Source: Deltaproteobacteria bacterium (GTDB taxonomy: Bacteria > Myxococcota_A > UBA9160 > SMWR01). Taken from it: 64,000 nucleotides of DNA. The DNA is taken from contig JAQBGU010000135.1 of the NCBI GenBank assembly GCA_032128375.1, forward strand, positions 32,128 to 96,127, in the 5' to 3' direction. Below the pieces are notes generated by a model. That model did no database searches. It had not been told where the DNA came from and worked only from the letters and a program-made list of their open reading frames with translations. The position numbers and the translations under genes are program-made. This document shows positions 59,798-64,000 of this stretch, piece after piece. How positions within the stretch are numbered: position 1 is the first letter of the stretch; every line of letters begins with the position of its first letter.

Positions 59798-59882
59798 CAC
59801 GACGACGGTGAAGAATTCACAGAATTCGCCCTAGGAGACCGTGAAGAATTCGCCTCTAGCTGGGATTCACTGCGGCTGGAAT

Positions 59883-62222
59883 TCAGTTGGCGAGTTCGCG
59901 TTCGACCTGGCGCAGCAATTCCAGCGCGTTGGGTGCCCCGCGAGTCAACTCGACGAGGCTTGACGCTGGCCCTCGAGCCTGTTCCCATCGGCCGCGCTGA
60001 ACGTAGTACGCGGCCAGCGCGTACACGATCTCCGGGTCACGCGGGGCGAGGCGGGTGGCTTCGAGTAGAGCCTGCTCGGCTTGTGTGTGTTGGCCGATCC
60101 GCTGCAAGGCGAGCCCGTGGTTGTACTGCACCCTCGCTCGGTTAGGCAGGAGCTCAGCGGCTCGGCCAATGTGCCCGGCCGCGGACTCGAATCGCCCTCC
60201 CTCGGCCAGGACCAGCCCGAGCGAATAGTGGAACTCGCCATTATCCGGATCGCGTGCGATGCCTTCGCGCAATAGGAGTTCGGCTTCGTTGCGTCGATCG
60301 AGCGAGCCGAGTAGAACGGCGAGGTTGGCCCGCGCGGGAGCGAAATCGGGATCGAGTTCGATCGCTTTGCGATAGGACGCGATCGCACTCTCGTTGTCGC
60401 CGAGCTGCGTGGCGAGGACGGCCAGATTCAGTCGAGCGGGTGGTGTGTCGGCCTCGGCCCGCTGTGACCCGGTGTATTCGGCGACGGCAGCATCTCGCGC
60501 ACGCCGAAGCGCAGGAGATTGGATCTCGGCTGCTGCCAACACGCGTGCTGCCTCGGCGCGTACAGCGCGCACGGGGTCGCGCAACAACGCGGCGCCAACG
60601 GCAACCTGCCGATCGGTTTCCAACAGCGCGAGCGAGCGAGCGGCGGTGGCACGAACCCAGGGGTCTGCGTCCTGCATCGCCGCGACGGCTGGCTCAGCGG
60701 TGGATGGGCCGAACCCGCTCAGCAGCTCCAACGCAGTTGCGCGTAGAATGGCCGGTTGTTCGGCATCCGACGCGATTGCGATCAGGCCGGGAATTGCGCT
60801 CGCGCGCCCGGTCCGGGCTGCATCGAACACCAAGGCAAAGTGCGGAGTTCCCTGATTCGCCCGTGGGCCATACCACTGCGTCAGCGCGTCGTTCGCCCAG
60901 TTCGCAGTTCGATCGGTATGGCAACCGGTGCAGGCATTCGGAGTCCCGAGCTCGATCGACATATCGGGACGCGGTACCCGAAAGCTGTGGTCGCGCCGCG
61001 GATCGACTTGCATATAGGTCTGAGCCGGCATGTGGCAGTTCACGCACTGCGCGCCGGCGGAGCCCGGCGGATGGAAGTGATGTTCCTCGGTGTCGTAGGC
61101 TTTCTTTGTCAAACTGGGGAAGCGCGAGTTTCCGCTCCCGGTGTGACACTGCATGCACAGCCCGTTGCCGGCAACGCGCAGTTCGAGGCTGTGCGGATCG
61201 TGGCAGTCGCTGCAAGCCACGCCGCGCGCGAACATCGCACTCTGGACGAACGAGCCGTAGACATAGACCTCGTCGAGGATTTGACCGTCACTGTGGTAAA
61301 GCCCCGTGCGCAGTGTCACGGGCAGGAAGTCGTCGAGTAGCGGTTGGCCCGTCCGGTCCTCGGCGCTAACCCGGTGGCGCCGCGAGTGGCAGGGCGCGCA
61401 TGCGTCGACCTGGAAGTGAGAGTCGCCCGTCGCGAAGTCGACCGGCAGGGCAACCGGACCAGCACTGCCCGGCGCCGCGCCAGCGACATGCAGCGAACCC
61501 GGGCCGTGGCATGCCTCACAGGCTACGTCGATTTCCGCCCAAACGGTCTGATAACTCTCATTGTCGGGATCGAAGTGTTTTTCGAGGTTCGTCGAATGAC
61601 ACTCTGCGCACATGTGATTCCAGGTCAGGTAGCCACCGGTCCAGTGGAACGGGTCACCCGGCCTTCGAGGGTCATCCGAGTACAGATGAAACCAGCGCTG
61701 CCCCCCCAGCTCTGCGGGTCGTGTGTCCCAAGCGACCGAGAGCACCTGGAAACGGCCGCGCGGGAAGCGCACCAGATATTGCTGCAGCGGCTCGACGCCG
61801 AAGGTGTAATCGATTTCGAAATCCGTCGGCTCGCCGTTCGCAGCCTCGGTCCGAACAAGAAACCGCCCGTCGCGGCGCGAAAACCGGAAATGCGCGTCGC
61901 CTTGTACGAACTCGGCATCGTCGAAGTTCCCCAACACCGTCGCGTCGCTGGCAACCTGCATCGCGAGGTCGTGATGCGATCCGGACCACTTCGCGAACTG
62001 GTCCGCGTGGCAGCGGCCGCATTCGGCACTGCCGACATAACGTTCGACCGGGGCTCCAGTAGACCCGGCATTCTCATCGACCGCGGTCTCGCGCGCGGGG
62101 GGCTGCTGATCGGCCGCGATGGGATCGTCGCTGTCGGCACCACAACCCAGTGCGAAGCTTGTTAGGCCCCACAAGGCAATCCCGATGAAAAAGTGCGTCC
62201 GGTTGAGCTCGCTCTGCGGCAT
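59883..62222 (-). CDS. Octaheme c-type cytochrome lipoprotein with HEAT and TPR repeats
   Basis: Eight CxxCH motifs (CGRCH, CAECH, CEACH, CAPCH, CSDCH, CMQCH, CVNCH, CTGCH); lipobox ALGC; C-terminal HEAT/TPR repeats. Confidence 0.92.
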   Translation of the reverse strand: MPQSELNRTHFFIGIALWGLTSFALGCGADSDDPIAADQQPPARETAVDENAGSTGAPVERYVGSAECGRCHADQFAKWSGSHHDLAMQVASDATVLGNFDDAEFVQGDAHFRFSRRDGRFLVRTEAANGEPTDFEIDYTFGVEPLQQYLVRFPRGRFQVLSVAWDTRPAELGGQRWFHLYSDDPRRPGDPFHWTGGYLTWNHMCAECHSTNLEKHFDPDNESYQTVWAEIDVACEACHGPGSLHVAGAAPGSAGPVALPVDFATGDSHFQVDACAPCHSRRHRVSAEDRTGQPLLDDFLPVTLRTGLYHSDGQILDEVYVYGSFVQSAMFARGVACSDCHDPHSLELRVAGNGLCMQCHTGSGNSRFPSLTKKAYDTEEHHFHPPGSAGAQCVNCHMPAQTYMQVDPRRDHSFRVPRPDMSIELGTPNACTGCHTDRTANWANDALTQWYGPRANQGTPHFALVFDAARTGRASAIPGLIAIASDAEQPAILRATALELLSGFGPSTAEPAVAAMQDADPWVRATAARSLALLETDRQVAVGAALLRDPVRAVRAEAARVLAAAEIQSPALRRARDAAVAEYTGSQRAEADTPPARLNLAVLATQLGDNESAIASYRKAIELDPDFAPARANLAVLLGSLDRRNEAELLLREGIARDPDNGEFHYSLGLVLAEGGRFESAAGHIGRAAELLPNRARVQYNHGLALQRIGQHTQAEQALLEATRLAPRDPEIVYALAAYYVQRGRWEQARGPASSLVELTRGAPNALELLRQVERELAN

Positions 62223-62315
62223 GTGAGGAGACTAGCCCGGAGTGTTCGCGAAGCTGCCATCGCGATCGCAGATCTCGCGTGAGCCGGAATTCACCGCGCA
62301 GCCTATGCTTGGCGA

Positions 62316-63599
62316 ATGCCTACCGATCACAACGCACCGGCTGACTCGCTCCCCGTCTCGCCCGCCTATGCGAGATACGTACTCGGATTGATGCTCGCCG
62401 TCTACGTGGTCAATTTCGTTGACCGCCAGATCCTTTCCATCCTGTTGCCATCGATCCAACGCGACCTCGTGCTCAGTGATACCCAACTCGGGCTACTGGG
62501 CGGCGTCGCGTTCGCGATCTTCTACGCAACCCTCGGGATTCCCATCGGGCGCTTGGCCGACCAGTGGTCGCGCAGGGGGGTCATCGCCATTTCGCTCGCC
62601 ATTTGGAGTGGGATGACGGCTTTGTGTGGCTCGGCGAATGGCTTCACACAGCTACTGCTCGCGCGTGTCGGGGTCGGCGTCGGCGAGGCTGGCGGCAGCC
62701 CCCCCGCGCACTCGTTGATCGCGGAGTACTTCCCAGAAGAGCGACGCGGAACTGCGTTGTCGATCTTTTCACTGGGGGTCCCGATCGGGATATTGATCGG
62801 TTTTCTCGCGGGCGGCTGGATCAACGAGTTCTTCGGCTGGCGCCGAGCCTTCTTCGCGGTGGGCTTGCCTGGCCTCGGGTTGGCCGCCGTGGTCGCGCTG
62901 ACACTACGCGAGACTCCGAAAACCGGGACCCAAATGGCCACACCGGGTATCGGGCAGGTCTTCCGTTACCTGTTCGGCCTGTCATCGTTTCGCCACGCGT
63001 CATTCGGTTCCGCGCTGTACGCATTCGTCGGTTACGCGGTGGTGGGGTGGGCTCCGACTTTTCTCGAGCGCACACACGGCATGTCCAGCGGCCCGATCGG
63101 CACCTGGTTGGCACTGATCATCGGAGTGGGCGGCGCAATCGGTACGTTGGCGGGGGGGCGACTCGCCGACCAGATTGGCGCGCGCGACAAGCGGGCCTAC
63201 ACGCTGGTTCCGGCCGTTGCGCTGCTTGCCGCCTATCCGGCCGGATTCGTGATCTACTTGACCGACCACACAACACTGGCGTTGATCCTGCTGGCATTTC
63301 CAGTCATCTTCGGATCGATGTACCAGGGGCCCACGTTCTCGGTCGTGCAGAGTTTGTCACCGCCTGCGATGCGTGCCACCGCCGCAGCCGTCCTTCTGTT
63401 CGTGATCAATATTCTGGGGCTCGGGTTGGGGCCGAGCGCGGTTGGGGTGCTCAGTGACGCCTTGAAGGACAGCTATGGAGGCGATTCACTGCGCTATGCG
63501 CTGTTGATCGTATCCACCGCATATCTCTGGGCGGCGTTGCACTTTGCTTTGGCGTCGCGCAGCTTGCGCGCAGAGCTTTCGGCTGTTCCGGTGATTTGA
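62316..63599 (+). CDS. MFS transporter, spinster-like
   Basis: NFVDRQ, G.LAD..SRR, R.GVGVGEAG..P.A.SLI.EYFP, GWR.AF; 12 TM. Confidence 0.93.
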   Translation: MPTDHNAPADSLPVSPAYARYVLGLMLAVYVVNFVDRQILSILLPSIQRDLVLSDTQLGLLGGVAFAIFYATLGIPIGRLADQWSRRGVIAISLAIWSGMTALCGSANGFTQLLLARVGVGVGEAGGSPPAHSLIAEYFPEERRGTALSIFSLGVPIGILIGFLAGGWINEFFGWRRAFFAVGLPGLGLAAVVALTLRETPKTGTQMATPGIGQVFRYLFGLSSFRHASFGSALYAFVGYAVVGWAPTFLERTHGMSSGPIGTWLALIIGVGGAIGTLAGGRLADQIGARDKRAYTLVPAVALLAAYPAGFVIYLTDHTTLALILLAFPVIFGSMYQGPTFSVVQSLSPPAMRATAAAVLLFVINILGLGLGPSAVGVLSDALKDSYGGDSLRYALLIVSTAYLWAALHFALASRSLRAELSAVPVI

Positions 63600-63739
63600 C
63601 CTTGCAATCGGCCGTTGCAACGCCGGCTGGATGGGCATTTTTCCGAAAGGAACGGACATTTTGACGGTCCGATCTGATCTACCGCGATCCGGTCGGGACT
63701 CCTAGAATGGAAACGTGAAATTGTCCTGGGGGGGTCAAA

Positions 63740-64000
63740 ATGTCACCGTTGAAATCGGGTTGGTTCAGTGTCGCGGCAGCTGTGGCCACGTTATTCGGGT
63801 TGAGCAGTAGTCCCAGCGCTCTTGCTGGAACGGCATTGGGCGTTCGGATCGAAGGGGTGCTCGCAGGGGCCAACGGCGACTCGAAGATCCAGTTTGTCGA
63901 GATCCTGATGCAGGACAATTTACAGGGACTCTGGGGCCCACAGGATATAGAGACAGACTCGCGCACGATACTGACTTTCCACGATGCAACCGGCCTGCAG
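63740..64000 (+). CDS. 5' part of a secreted protein (runs off the window)
   Basis: ATG 63740 after a G-rich RBS-like run; MSPLKSGWFSVAAAVATLFGLSSSPSALA signal-like peptide, then GANGDSKIQFVEI; open to the window end. Confidence 0.7.
   Translation, partial: MSPLKSGWFSVAAAVATLFGLSSSPSALAGTALGVRIEGVLAGANGDSKIQFVEILMQDNLQGLWGPQDIETDSRTILTFHDATGLQ

Noticed and set aside
63602..63620. TTGCAA-N7-TTGCAA near-palindrome after the MFS stop
   Set aside because: Single short instance; cannot distinguish an operator or terminator from chance.

Overview
This is a GC-rich, gene-dense bacterial chromosomal window with about 52 CDS. I saw no rRNA, tRNA, CRISPR array, transposase or phage genes. Gene content suggests a Myxococcota/Deltaproteobacteria-like organism with actinobacterial-style lipid/steroid catabolism; this taxonomy is inference only. 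Main blocks: (i) a surface/protein-glycosylation neighbourhood at 4.0-13.0 kb (TMTC-like GT-C+TPR, Thr-type sulfatase-fold protein, NoeA-like kinase-methyltransferase fusion, a small YVDPG membrane protein, and an archaeal-type STT3/AglB with a degenerate WWDYG motif); (ii) a GEMM-I riboswitch carrying the A20 signature of 3',3'-cGAMP sensors, whose P1 stem masks the RBS of a lytic transglycosylase gene; (iii) a coupled pair of ferritin-like genes, one with diiron ligands and one without; (iv) three cytochromes P450, acyl-CoA ligases, CoA-transferases and amidohydrolases; (v) envelope/signalling genes (Ser/Thr kinase, SEL1, PilZ, glycine-zipper lipoproteins, octaheme cytochrome-TPR). At least seven unrelated short tandem arrays (9-18 nt period, stepwise drifting units) occupy intergenic spaces, and two of them begin inside a stop-codon region. 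All product calls come from motif recognition by eye, not database searches, and several start codons are estimates.
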